Positions 13,861 to 26,500 of a stretch of 64,000 nucleotides of DNA are shown piece after piece. The first letter of the stretch is position 1, and every line of letters begins with the position of its first letter. A model generated the notes under the pieces. That model was not told the origin of the DNA. It worked only from the letters and a program-made list of their open reading frames with translations, and searched no databases. This stretch comes from Octopus sinensis (lineage: Eukaryota), in assembly GCF_006345805.1 (NCBI RefSeq), contig NC_043002.1:119226001-119290000 (forward strand), read 5' to 3'. The translations under genes were made by a program, and so were the position numbers.

Positions 13861-14605
13861 TATAATAACAATAATAATTATTATTATTACCTCCGCCTTA
13901 ATGAAGGCGGAGGTATTGTTTTCAGTTGTGTTTGTTTGTTTGACTGTGGACAAGATATTTCAAGAACCGCTGGATGGCTTCGAATGAAACTTTCAGGAAT
14001 GTTTGGCTTCGTGACTGGCACGAACTGATTAGATTTTGGGATCGATCCGCTACCGGACAAATAAACTGTCCACAGTCTGTCAACCCTATGTGACAGGCCT
14101 CTCCAAAAAGATACAAAAGATATGCAGGACAGTATTCAGGAGTAATACAACACTTCGCTAATATCTTCGAGTAAAGCCAACAAGAGAATAGAATATGACC
14201 AAAGACCGCATGTACTCCATCCCATGGAGCTGTGGAAGGCTATACAAAGGCGAAACATGCCGCCCCCTCAAAATAAGGGTACAGGAACATCGCTAAGCTG
14301 TGATACGAGGAGATATTGATAAATCGGGTATAGCTGATCATGTATGGAAAAATGGAGACTGTCTTCCCCTGTGGGATGAAGTTAAAATAATAGACAGAGA
14401 ACACCACTGGAAAAATACGAAACTAAAAAGAAGCAGCACACATGATAGGACACAACAACCTCTTAAGCAGACCGAGGGCAGATATTAATAGCATATAGCA
14501 ACCGGTATTAAGGAAGGACAGGAAAATATAGATTTATAAGCCCTAAAATTCACTCCAAGTTTCCGAGTTCGATTCCAGGCAGTGACATAAATAATAATAA
14601 TAATA

Positions 14606-14640
<35 letters not shown>

Positions 14641-14689
14641 TAATAATATAATAATAATAATAATAATATTAATAATAATAATACTAATG

Positions 14690-14728
<39 letters not shown>

Positions 14729-14766
14729 TAATATTATAATAATAATAATAAAATAAAATAATAAAT

Positions 14767-15325
14767 AAATCCCTGATGCAGTACCAGGCAGTGGCTCTCA
14801 TGGCTTCTGATCTGCTGGATTGGAAGTGTTATCAGTACAAATTGTTTTGTCTTCGTATAAAGATGGGCTACAGCAATATTCTGCTCAATCCCACAGATTT
14901 GCTGTCGTTGTTTGACCTTAACCATTTGAGCATGTCCCTTAGTGGCTGACGATATGTGCATCTCTGATCACGAGCATGAATAGTGGGGGAGGCATCATAG
15001 GCCATGTGTTGAGAGGGATTCTTTGGTGTGAATAGTTCACCTCTGGAAACATGGGTGTTCTTTCAACATCCTTAAGCAACCCTTATTCAGGGACCGTTTG
15101 GAGCGGGATGGGCTATCAACCTGAAGAAATTCTAACTGGGCCCCACCTGCAGGGTCATGTGCTGTTTTCTTGATATGAGAGTCACCATGTCGCGCACATA
15201 TGGTTTGTGATGCATTTGCTCTGGTGTATCCTTTATACAGACTGGGTTGAGTCATGATGGTATATTGGGCCTTCGTATATTTTACCCCGTGTCACTTTGA
15301 TGGCATGACTGCTCTCTCATTCAAT
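14767..15325 (+). mobile_element. Family D element nested in the (AAT)n of a PLE tail
   Basis: Starts AAATCCCTGATGCAGTACCAGGC, ends CTCTCTCATTCAAT; many small indels relative to the other two copies. Confidence 0.8.
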
Positions 15326-15400
15326 ATAATAATAATAATAATAACACAAACATCGAAAAATACCTTAGGAATCAGAACCCAGGTTTGAATTCGCCCCAAG

Positions 15401-15450
15401 ACCGCCTGATGAGGCTGGAGGGTATATCAGCCGAAACGTTGTTTATACAA
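15401..15450 (+). ncRNA. Partial hammerhead motif in PLE terminal repeat
   Basis: CTGATGA-GGCTG(GAGGGTATAT)CAGCC-GAAAC: both core halves and a 5-bp stem II with G10.1-C11.1. No convincing NUH triplet or stem I found. Confidence 0.4.
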
Positions 15451-15559
15451 CAAACAAGATGAGGGACAATATCCGTCAAATGCAAATAATGTAAATAATT
15501 CCTCATCTCTTAAATATAGAACATGCTAATTTAGTTAGCCGGTATTCTATCTTGATGCT

Positions 15560-16480
15560 TGGTAACAAGTAACCTCAAATCTAAAATTTCCATTGGACCG
15601 GTTAAACTACTCGGAATCTGGTCTCCTAGCTTCAAGTGGATTGGAAATGGAACGGAAGAATGAAGGTAGTTTTACTCAAAAATGGGCAGAGAGGATGCTG
15701 TCCTTAAGAAGGTGGGCAGAGATGGCAAATGCCTTCGTTACCTCCGTAACTGTTTACTGCCTGACCGTTGTACTTTGCTCCAGACACCGCCTGATCAAAT
15801 AGAAACGTCTGTTATTCAATTTCTTTTGGAAGGGTCGCGTTCAACTGGTCAGGTGGTTTATGTGCTATCAGCACTCTCTGCATGGCAGCTAAGGCATGCT
15901 GTAGCAGCTGATGCACAGACAAGCGCCGAGGCTGCGTCACCTGCAAAGTTTTCTGGTCGGTGAACGGGTGTGGGGTGAAGCAAAGACCGTCACTGGGCAC
16001 CTAGCATCTTGGAAGTCATCAGATGCTCACAGCTCTCTATAACAGTAGGGCAACGGAATCGGATGTTCCACTCGAACAGTTCATGGAGGATTAGTGGCGG
16101 GGATGAGTGGCAACGTTCCTGGGGAGACACTGGTGGACGAGATTTTTTACTTGAAAAAGGAAGGTGAGAGTGGTGAAAGCGGTACTGTTCTCGAGTGAAT
16201 TAATTGAAATCTAGGTGAAAGTGGCAAGAATGGATAGCACCACTCAACATTATGGACCTGTAAATCGGAAAACAAAAAGTTGTCCTTGGTGTTCAGGGAG
16301 ATCTTGAATAGTGGGCTTACACGGTTGGGCCATTGATGGAGGTCGTCGTATATCAAGAAGACCACCTCATATTCCTTTTCCCTTCACTCGATTGACTTCC
16401 TTCTTTCACTTCTCTTTTCTTCTGCCCCTATCAACCCAGTTCTTTCTCATGTCACTTCCTGTTCACGTTTGAAGCACTCT
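15560..16480 (+). mobile_element. Tx1/L1-type LINE ORF2 (post-RT region) remnant
   Basis: WAERMLSLRRWAEMANAFVTSVTVYCL..KRLLFNFFWKG..GML pattern typical of the L1/Tx1 region after the RT core; stops and frameshifts. Confidence 0.6.
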
Positions 16481-16703
16481 TGGTCCTGCCTTATTTATCA
16501 GTTAGAGTCAGGTTTTTAGAGGATGCGAAATTCTGCTAAACCATTAATTTCTCTTCTGTCAACTATTTCTCTCGATCAGAAATGTTGAATTTTCTACTCC
16601 CACGGCAAGTTCACTCATTTTTTTGTCGATTTTAATAAGTAATAGTTTTTGCCGACGCAGTTCAACACCAGTCTCTGGATTCTGTTTGATTACATAGATG
16701 GAA

Positions 16704-17010
16704 TATATAATCTACCTAACTGCCTGCCTGCCTGCCTACCTACCTACCTACCTACCTACCTACCTACCTACCTATCTATCTACCTACCTACTACCACCGT
16801 CAACCTACCTACCTACCTACCTACCTACGTACCTACCTAGCTACCTACCTACCTACCACCTAACCTATCCTACCTACCTATCCTACCTCATACCTACCTA
16901 CCTACTCTACATACCTACCACCTGACCTACACTACCTACCTACCTACTACCTACCTACCTACCTACTACCTACCTCTACCACTACCCACTAACCTAACTA
17001 CCTACCTACA
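16704..17010. repeat. Degenerate (CTAC)n/(CTGC)n microsatellite followed by (TCTA)n, (CTGT)n, (TACA)n
   Basis: Directly visible. Confidence 0.9.
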
Positions 17011-17084
17011 TGCATAACCTACATGAGCTTACCTATACATACTTACATATACTACTATCTATCTATCTATCATCTATCTATCTA

Positions 17085-17144
<60 letters not shown>

Positions 17145-17603
17145 TCTATCTGTACATACATACATACATACATACATACATACAAACAGACAGGCAGACA
17201 TACACTCACACACATACGGTGCTATTTGTGTTAGTTCGTTTTTATTATCTTTTCATGCTTTAAACATGGCAATGTCCGTTTTGATTTATGTTCTTCAATT
17301 AATTTATATGTTTACGGTTCAGGGAAGATGTAGTCCCTTCTTTTTGGTTATGTTTGTTACCTTGTGAAACTGGCTAGCTTTCCTTTTGTTATTATTGTTT
17401 TCTGCATTTTATTGATTTATGTGTTTAGAACTTAAATTTTTCAATTTATATATTTAATAACTTCTGTTTACCACATTTAGTTGGTTTTTATGTTTTATAT
17501 TTTGATGTTTAATAGTTCTTTAGCTAAACTATACATAATAGACACACACATATCTCATGTATATATATATATGTGGTGTGTATATGTATATATATGTATA
17601 TAT

Positions 17604-17686
<83 letters not shown>

Positions 17687-17769
17687 CGTATATGTATGTA
17701 TATATATTATGAATATGTGTATATATATATGTATGTATACACACACACTTATGTATATATATATATATG

Positions 17770-18625
17770 TACAGGGAGTTCGGGCTAAATTTGACGATTT
17801 TTATGTCTCTTTTTCTCAGGAAATTGATAAGCATTCAATGGCGTCGGAGAGCATAAAGTTTTAAGTTATAGTTGAGAAAAAGTTAGCTGACATAGCGGAC
17901 TGGAAGTCGTCTGAAAATTGGAAATAGGTTACCTGTATCATGACGATTCGCACTGGGTGTCAAAATGCCGACGTCATGACTGCTACTCAATGTTCTGTGA
18001 ACACTGTAAAGGCTGTAAGACGTGACACGGCTAACAAGCAACGGAGACTATGAATCCGCAGCCAACAGAATAGGTGCAACCGCTGTTTTGGATCAGCTCG
18101 CACGCTGGAATTCATCCCCACATCTTTGAACAGGGCCTTAAGCACAATACAATTCAGACGACTATGGGAAGCTGCTGGAGACTGTAGTCAAACCCTGGCT
18201 GGAGGAGGTCGCTGCTGGAAGGTAATACGTGTGTGACAGTAGGATTCGGCTCCTTGCCATACGTCGAGAAAGTTGGTGGAGAATTCCTACGACTTAATCA
18301 GTCGTAATTTCCAACCTCGTATTGCTCTCGATTGTAATCCCATTACAATCTGTGGAGCGTGGTTGAGAAAGACACCGACCACTCTGCCCTCAACATCAAG
18401 GAGATATTCGAAGGTCTTCCGAGGGACACAGTAAGGTATGCCACGGGTCAGTTTGCGGAGCTGATTTGAGGCCGCGAGAGGAAAGCTGAGGGCGGCTACT
18501 TTGAGCAACCCCAGCCATAATTTAGTTAATACTTTTTGAGGTTGTGAAAATATTTTATTCTTAGATGGAATATTGTGTTTTGTTCTCTGGTTATGCAAAC
18601 TGTCACATTTAACCCGAACATCCTA
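17770..18625 (+). mobile_element. Internally deleted Tc1/mariner (maT/DD37D-like) transposon
   Basis: TA-flanked imperfect TIRs TACAGGGAGTTCGGGCTAAATTTGAC / GTCACATTTAACCCGAACATCCTATA. Remnants QQDSAPCHTSRK and a degenerate WPPxSPDCNP..VWS..E motif. Confidence 0.75.
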
Positions 18626-18636
18626 TATATATATAT

Positions 18637-18710
18637 AAAATGACCATCCCGAAATCCAACAGTGTATATATATATATACACACATATATATATATACATA
18701 TATATTATAT

Positions 18711-18801
<91 letters not shown>

Positions 18802-18897
18802 AGATAAATATATGTATATATATATATAATATATATATGTATATATATATATATATATTATATATATATATACTGTTGGATTCGGGATGGTCATTTT
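18637..18897. repeat. 26-bp inverted repeat enclosing a (TA)n tract
   Basis: AAAATGACCATCCCGAAATCCAACAGT (18637-18663) versus ACTGTTGGATTCGGGATGGTCATTTT (18872-18897); one-nt indel. Confidence 0.85.
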
Positions 18898-18992
18898 ATT
18901 TTATTTTATTTTTTTTACCAGATAAGCATACGCACTATATATTCGTTCTTCACTTGTTTATAACTGTTCTTATTCTAACTCTTGTCTATTGT

Positions 18993-19034
18993 CCGGAAAT
19001 ATTTCGTCACACATATGCGACCGCTTCAGCGCCA
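18993..19034 (-). ncRNA. Degenerate hammerhead-like motif
   Basis: TGGCG-CTGAAGCG-GTCGCA(TATG)TGTGAC-GAAA-TATTTC-CGGAC: good 6-bp stem II, but A9 altered with an extra base, and weak stems I and III. Confidence 0.3.
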
Positions 19035-19824
19035 CTTTCTGTCCTCGTATGGGCTCCTGCTTCGCTTAGTCCATGTATCTGAATGTCTATGACCCATTCC
19101 ACTGAGCAGATTCTAATCAAACTATGCCATGACATAAGGCACTCGCTCAAGCCTTTGTGCAGTGTGATCGGCCCAGGAGCCACTTCGTTCAAATCGAACA
19201 GTGTCTGTACACATGTGAAAAACGAAAAGCTCAGTGACTCAGCCTGTTGTAATTTTACAAAGAATACACAAAGAATGCTTTTAAACTTTACCTAAAGTCT
19301 TTATCATTTAATAGATCAATTCTTTCTTGCCACTTAGCAATAAAATCTTCAATATGTTCTTTATACTAGACTTAAAAATAAAAACAAAATATAAATCTTT
19401 CTCCTCGATCAAATAAATAGTTTAGTCATAAGCGGTCTTTTACAAAATAGTTAAAAGGTTCCACATTCTCATAAACGAAACCAACTTTATGTTGCATTTG
19501 CTTTGTCATTGGGTCTTTTGAAAATAAATTTCCACGATCAATATTGGACAAAAGATTATTTCTAAACCATCTATTGATTTATTCTAAATCACTAACTCGA
19601 CCAGGACTAAAGCAATAAGTGTTCCTTCACAACTGACTGGACATCTCTTTCTACCAATCAAATCTAAACCTTTTACTTTGTAAAAATCTCGAAATGTTCT
19701 CGTATTTTTGTATAGCAGATTTTGACAGATGTCTTGAAATATTGATTTCTCTCGGATAAGCCTCGCTGTATATATTTATAGAAACAGATATAATCAAATA
19801 AATCGACCCCAGTGTACTACAGGT

Positions 19825-19898
<74 letters not shown>

Positions 19899-20118
19899 AT
19901 AATAATTTGAGGGAATATTATTCCTAACTTACAGGGAAAAATTCAATTTAGAAATACTAAATCAAATTCATAAAATATAATATATATATATATATATAAA
20001 TTAGAAGAAACCACCTTTTATCAATTCAAAATGAAGAATTAAATTACACCATCTAGAAAATTACATATAATAGAAATATTAAATATAAAATAAGAATAAT
20101 ATATCGATGATTAAGTAA

Positions 20119-20187
<69 letters not shown>

Positions 20188-20199
20188 ACGTATATATTT

Positions 20200-20324
20200 G
20201 GTAGAATAACGACACGTGTTTCGTGGCTATATTTAAGAAATGATTATAGTAAAAAAATTAATAGTAGTAGTAAAATCACTTCTATATAAATATAGCCAGT
20301 CATCAGGTTAAAAGTTATTCTACC
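20200..20324 (-). ncRNA. Type I hammerhead ribozyme, minimal palindromic stem III
   Basis: TAAC-CTGATGA-C-TGGCTATATTTA...TAAATATAGCCA-C-GAAA-CACGTG-TC-GTTA. Intact core, 12-bp stem II, GUC triplet (cut between 20211 and 20210). Position 10.1/11.1 is C.C instead of G-C. Confidence 0.8.
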
Positions 20325-21201
20325 AAATATATACGTTTTATTTATTTATTTATTTATTATTATTATTATCATTATTATTATTATTAATAAAAGTATTCTA
20401 ACAGTATTCTATTAAATCTCCTAAATCACCACCCCCTACAAAACAATTTCTGATATTTGTACATAGCCACACATTTATAAGAGAAGTATAAGACAATGAA
20501 CATGTCTAGTATTAATTTTAACGACCATGGTATATAGTTAAACTAAGTGTCTTCTGCAAATGAGATTTATGTAACCAGGTCATAACATAAACAGAGCTTT
20601 TCACTTCTCATACAGTAAAGCACAAACCCGACAGCTGGTTAACTGGCGTCTTATTCACTCCCTTATAGGCGGATCTTTTGAATGATGGTATCAAAATATG
20701 AAATCGAAAACAAGATCAAAAGACTGAGCTAGGCAACAAAAAAGAAAACATACAATTGAAAAGTACTTAATGCTATGATTAACATTCTGTATATCAAAAA
20801 CAAGATTGAAGTTTCAAAATTTGGATGCCATAGTACCCTCTATATGAAATGATATATTTTAAAAATTTATGTTATATTCCAAGTGACTTCATGATGTCGT
20901 TTACTGCAGGGAGTTTTTTTTAAACTGAAGTCGATAACAATTCTCTTCTAATGAATATATATTGTTAAATAAAAGAAAGCTGTTTTCAATGAATTAAATT
21001 TTCGTGCAGGTGGCAAAAAACTTATCTTCAACAAAAGATCGGTAACGGCATTTTTGTGAAGATTTAATAGCGATATCGACAGACACCAAAGGAGAGACTG
21101 CATCTCTAGTATGGTGCCAGGAAAATTGCTGATTATGATTACATGTTTCCTATGTGTTTAGATCATAGACATGTATTTTAGTTCGGATCTTTAACCTGAA
21201 T

Positions 21202-21247
<46 letters not shown>

Positions 21248-21427
21248 TTGCTTTAAAAAATTTATATATATATCGTTAAATAAAATTTCATCAAATTTTT
21301 TCTCTGTTATCTATGAATTTATACACTCCTTATCGTTTTCTCTTATACCATACTATATATTCTATATGTTTTGTAGAATGATACATTAAGAATCTTTGTT
21401 TTAAGTACTACCGGATTACTTGAATCC

Positions 21428-21540
<113 letters not shown>

Positions 21541-21544
21541 TGGT

Positions 21545-22350
21545 TGAAAAGGCAATACGAAAATTATATACAAGTACTGAACCGGGTTCACACTCTTTTG
21601 GGATTTTCCTAAGTAATGGAATATGGAGAGTTTTATTACAAAAGTTTCTTGTAGCAGTTCTTCTCTTGAAGAGTTCTTAACGTTTCAAAATTTGAACATT
21701 ATTATGCTGATGTCATACGCTCTGTTAGATCTTCTGTTCAAAGTGTTAGTCAGTCCTTTGATGGTGTCAGTTCTTAATTTGTAAATTCCGGTTATTCTTT
21801 GTCAAAGATTTTATTGAAGATTTCCAAACAACGTGTTAGTGTGGGATCCATTACATATTTGTACGATAAATCGCTGTACGATATGTTGCTGTAGCTCTTC
21901 TTACGCTGTGGTTTATACTTTTTACTAAACTGATTTTCCTTATGCATCTGTATTTGATGTGCAGCTGTATCGAAACAAAGATAAAATGGGAAGATTAGGA
22001 ATGTCGGGTTATTGTTTGTTGTAAATGTGTCTAAGTGTATACTTAGAATAATCTGTCTACTATTAGGATCTCTTATTTGTTGCCGATGAATAGTGGGCCT
22101 GGTTTTCAAAGACTGTTTTGTTTGTCCCATGTAATCTTCATTACAAGCTTTACATTTAATAGCATAAATGAAATTTTTTAATGAACGGGTGAAATGATTT
22201 TTTATAGTTAAGATATGACCTGATTTGAATATATAAGTAGTCTTCTGTACAGTAGATGCAGGTTCTGCAGCTGATGTGACCACTTTTTTTGATTACACAA
22301 GGAAACAAAATTTTTGTATTGTATAGCTCAGTAGATACTTTTCTTGCAAC
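21545..22350 (-). mobile_element. 5'-truncated Penelope-like element (linker, GIY-YIG, tail)
   Basis: ORF 21792-22283: NFIYAIKCKACNEDYMGQTKQSLKTRPTIHRQQIRDP..FLIFPFY; upstream CxxC linker HISCRTCIYC. Confidence 0.8.
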
Positions 22351-22399
22351 CTGGAGGCTAATGCTTCCGCTGGTTTTTTTTTTGGGAGAGATCCAAATC

Positions 22400-22990
22400 C
22401 CACACAAGCTCATTCAGCCAAGACTGGCTAAACTGCTGACGTGTTGATGACTCTGTGGCGTCATAAGAAGGATCGCCAGATTCTCAAAGTATTTCTTGAC
22501 TTTCATCATTAGTCCCTTGCTTTTGGTCGCTACCCGCATCGTCAGATGGAGAAAATCCTTTAAAAACTGGAATTGGTACGTATCAGAGTGCAGAGTAGGA
22601 CGGATTGCTGAGGGGATACTAGGATATGAGATTTTTTGCCTGTTTTTCTTGCCAATACCCTTTGTATTGTCCAGATAAAAATAGCAGTCACTTGTGCGGT
22701 CCTTCTGTTATCACCAGGTCATGGGAATTCCGAAAGGAAAACCCTTACGTTTCCTTTTTGTCCAGTCACGGAGCATTTCCTCGCAGTTATGACACAATAC
22801 GTGGAGCCCATTTCTTGTCTTGGTCGCCAAGAGTAAGTCCAAAGTACACTTTATAAGCACGCCTCACAAACAATGTCATATTACGCCTTTGATGAATAAG
22901 CGTGAAAATTTCAGAAATATAACAAAAAGCGTCCGGTTTGTTCATACATCGATGTCTTTTTGTAGCCATGATCAAATATGAAAGAGAATC
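22400..22990 (-). mobile_element. Chapaev3-like (CMC superfamily) transposase N-terminal fragment
   Basis: CMNKPDAFCYIS..AYKVYFGLTLGDQDKKWAPRIV, then FGIPMTW..KDRTSDCYF..NTKGIGKKNRQKISYPSIPSAIRP. The family name is from recall of these motifs. Confidence 0.6.
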
Positions 22991-23140
22991 AAAACAATTT
23001 TAATATCTCTGTTGATGACACAATCGTCTAAGTAATTAATTTGAAAACAAACGGTGGAATGCAAAACTTAAATTTGCATGAAAACTAGAGCATGTAGAAC
23101 ATAACCGTTTTCAGATTTAAATTTAACAGATTATAAACAA

Positions 23141-23540
23141 CTAGCAGTATCGCCCGGCGTTGCTCGGGTTTGTAAGGGAAATAACTATATAAGCATTTTT
23201 AGAGAGTTATAGCCAAAAATAGCAAAAAATGCATTAAAAATGGAAAAAAAATGATGGTAATTTTTTTTTTAAATCGTTGACTCATCGTAGACATTTTTAG
23301 AGAGTTACTTCCCTTATATAATAGCGAAAAAAATGCATTAAAATGGAAAAAATGATAGTAAATTATTTTTAAAATCGTAGACTCATCGTAGACGCGCGCT
23401 AATTCCCAGGAGGGCTCGATATGAATCACGACTATAAGATACCCGGTTTTGGTTAAACTGCACCGCAAAATGTGGGAGTAGTTAGGAATCTAAATCGTAG
23501 GAGACAGACACTCACACAACTTCACTTTTATATATAAAGA
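23141..23540 (-). mobile_element. Non-autonomous Helitron
   Basis: Starts A|TCTTTATATATAAAAGTG, ends with hairpin CCCGAGCAACGCCGGG..CTGCTAG|T. AT target, no TSD; further copies at 48575 and 55914. Confidence 0.8.
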
Positions 23541-23544
23541 TAAG

Positions 23545-26500
23545 AATTACCTAAACATCTTATGCAACTGAGATTTCGAAAAAAAAAACGTCCTGTGTTA
23601 TTGGAGTTGTGGATTTGGAAGTTAATTTCGCGCTGGTTAGTAATTTCTTACGAAAATTTGGTTACCATTTGCTTTTATTTATTTCGAACGTTTCAAGTAT
23701 ATTTCTCTCCCTTGGGTCTTGCTTTAATAATGGGATGTTTCGATGGAAAATATTGTATGTTCCTGTAATCTTTGGGTTATGTCTTATGCAACCTAGAGTA
23801 TTTGGTACATTGGCATTTTTTATAACCTACATAATTCTTGGATGCCTATTGTCCTGTATTTTATTATCAATTAACAATCCTGAATATTTTCTATTAGGTG
23901 ATATTTACTTAAGTTCTGGAATATTTACTTTTAGTTCTTGTTTCCGAATTCAAAACGATTGAGCATATTTCTGCTAAATTAAATGGTATATTTGCCATGG
24001 TGTGTTTAGAAAGTACTTTTGTGAATCTGTCGGTTTGTAGTGAGTGTTAGTTCTGATAGTTTTTAACCTTTTTTATAATAAAATATCCAGGAATGGTAAT
24101 TGGTTGTGATTGTATTCCATTGAGAAGTGTATATTATTATCTATTTATTAATTTATTAGTTATTAATTTATTAATTTATTAAGTAGGGTTTTGAAATAAT
24201 TAAATTAGTCAAGAGTATGAGTCCACAGAATGAGACAGTCATTAAGTAACGTTTCCAATTTTTCTAATTTGTGAAAGTTGATGTCATATATTAGTTTAGA
24301 TTGTTCACGCATTCAAATCTCTGGGTACGACTTGACAAAATTCGTTAACTAGAAGCATCTTTAGTTCTTATTACAGTCCCATATATTTGTTTGTAAATAC
24401 AACCATTGAATTCGAAAAAAAATCTGTTCTATTCAGTATTAAAGCCAGACTTCTATAACTTCTAGTTCATAGTCATGTTGTATAGTGATATAGAGGTTTA
24501 CCATATCAAATGATATAATAATTGCAGTCTAGTCAACTGTTTCGGAAAGTGATTTAATAGGTTCAAGTCATTCCTTATGAATCTGGGTATATGCTCAAAA
24601 TGGGTTTCCGTTGTATGGTTGCAAAGTTGCTGAGTTTGTGTATCTCACAGGCTTAATTTAAGACCCGCTCATAGAATCGTTAGCACACCAAGCAAAAGGT
24701 TTAGCAGCATTTCGTTTGTCTTTACGTTCTGAGTTCAAATTCCGCCGAGGTCGACTTTGCTTTTCATCCACTAGGGTTGATGTAATCGACTTATCCCCTC
24801 CCTGAAATTGCTGGCCTTGTGCTAAAATCTGAAACCAATTTAAGACTGTTCAAAGGCGGCAAAATGGAAGAAGAGTTAGCGCACCGCGAAAAATGCTTAA
24901 CAGCAATTTGTCCGTTTTACATTCTGAATTCAAATTCCGCCGACGTCGACTTTGCCTTTCATTCCTTTGGGGGTCGATAAAATAAATACCAACTGAGCAT
25001 TGACCTTGTGCTAAAATTTAAGACCGCTTGGGCGGGGTGTGTTGAGGTTTATGCAGGCATCATATGTTGTTTTGCTCTTATGAATTTTGGAGAGTCCATA
25101 TAAATTGCTGGTTTTGTCTCCAAAGTTTACAAGGTAGTTACATTCCTTGTCTGTTAAACCTCTTCAGTGAAGAAGAATATGAATACTAAGTTTATAATGA
25201 TTTGTGATAATTGGTAATAATTTACCTTTTCATAACTGGTGATAAAATGACATTTTTGTAGTTGTAAGCAACCATAATGGCTACCGCATTTCTCCTATCG
25301 CTTTCTTTACTGATTTACTGACAATGACATTATCATTTTAAAATTTATGTGCAATTTTACATTCCTTTCGACTGGTGTGAGATTTAGGAAGATGAATATA
25401 AAACCACGAAATTAATTTTAATGTTTTGTTCCTACCTGTCAGTTTGTGCAATTGATCCGTCATTAGTTTCCTTGTCAATTCTTCTGTTAGGTGTAATTTT
25501 CTTCAGAAGTATGAGATATTGTCCCATATCTGATGCAAGTTGGGGTATCGTGGCGTTGGAGTGAATTTTAAACCTTTTGACAACTGTTTTAAAATTGTTG
25601 CGTTGAAAAGATTTTGTATAAAAAACTTTCGGTTTCTCGCATTCTGTTTATACCACTTGATATTGTGAATTTTGTCAACTGAGCCTAAAATAATGATTTT
25701 TTTAGGGTTTGTCATTCAATTTGTCTTTCTGTTTTGGGTAATATTTCCTATACTTCCATTGATTTTTTCGTAGTGTTTCGGTTGGTTCTTAGGTCCAGAT
25801 TGTAGCTAAACGTTCGGGTTGTAATGCCTGTTTGCTTATGATTGTTGGAATTCTCAGTTCTAGGTGATATTTTGTCTCGACGAAGAAAAACATTGGATTT
25901 TCCAAGAGGGATTGCCATTCTGTCTAAGTATCTGGGAATTCATGTATTTCCGGATACTTAGAGAGAAGTAATTATGTAAGTTTGACCTTATACTTGTTTT
26001 GACATTTATGAATAAGTTTCTGGATTTCAGTTATCCATGTAGGAAAATATTCTTTTTTTAAAACTCAATTTCATAATTACTGAACCAATTAATATTTTCC
26101 TTCCATCTCTGAAGAGATGTTAACTCTTCATTTTGGCACTATTTCCTTCCAAGTTTGATAAGGCCGTAATGTAGTTCATATTCGGTCGTTTTTTGAAATT
26201 CCCATTTCCATTTGTTCGTCGGTTGATTTGAATTTTCGTTTATTAGAGTCCGCTCTTAATGATAGCAATTTTGTTTCCCATTAAAATTTCTCTTGAACCA
26301 TCTTCTCTCTTAGATTTATTTGCTGTTCAGGATCATTAGGAAGAGGTTTAATTAGCAATTTCCTAGGATGAAGAATCGGTGTTGAATTAATTCGTTTTTC
26401 ATATATTTCGGATTTGCTGTTATTTTTAACACATTCCAGAATGCAATTTTTCCGGTTATGAGGTTTTGGTTCCAAGTCGTTGCAAATTGACAATATTATT

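Larger units (their letters stand above)
14060..15525 (+). mobile_element. Penelope-like element 3' part (GIY-YIG plus terminal repeat), interrupted by (AAT)n and family D
   Basis: MYSIPWSCGRLYKGETCRPLKIRVQEHR..VIRGDIDKSGIADHVWK..WDEVKIIDREHHW is a GIY-YIG EN. Non-coding tail resumes at ~15345 with a hammerhead-like core. Confidence 0.75.

Noticed and set aside
14767-15325. Higher apparent divergence of this family D copy
   Set aside because: Dominated by 1-nt indels that resemble uncorrected long-read error; not interpreted biologically.
18837-19295. Two in-frame ORFs separated by one TGA after a pyrimidine-rich CAG, suggesting an exon or selenocysteine read-through
   Set aside because: No recognisable protein, no donor site or SECIS found; lies in a probable repeat end.
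21640-21760. Minus-strand CTGACTA..TTTGAAC/GTTCAAA..GAAAC in the PLE tail
   Set aside because: G8 altered and no cleavage triplet or stem I; possibly a very decayed HHR but not supportable.
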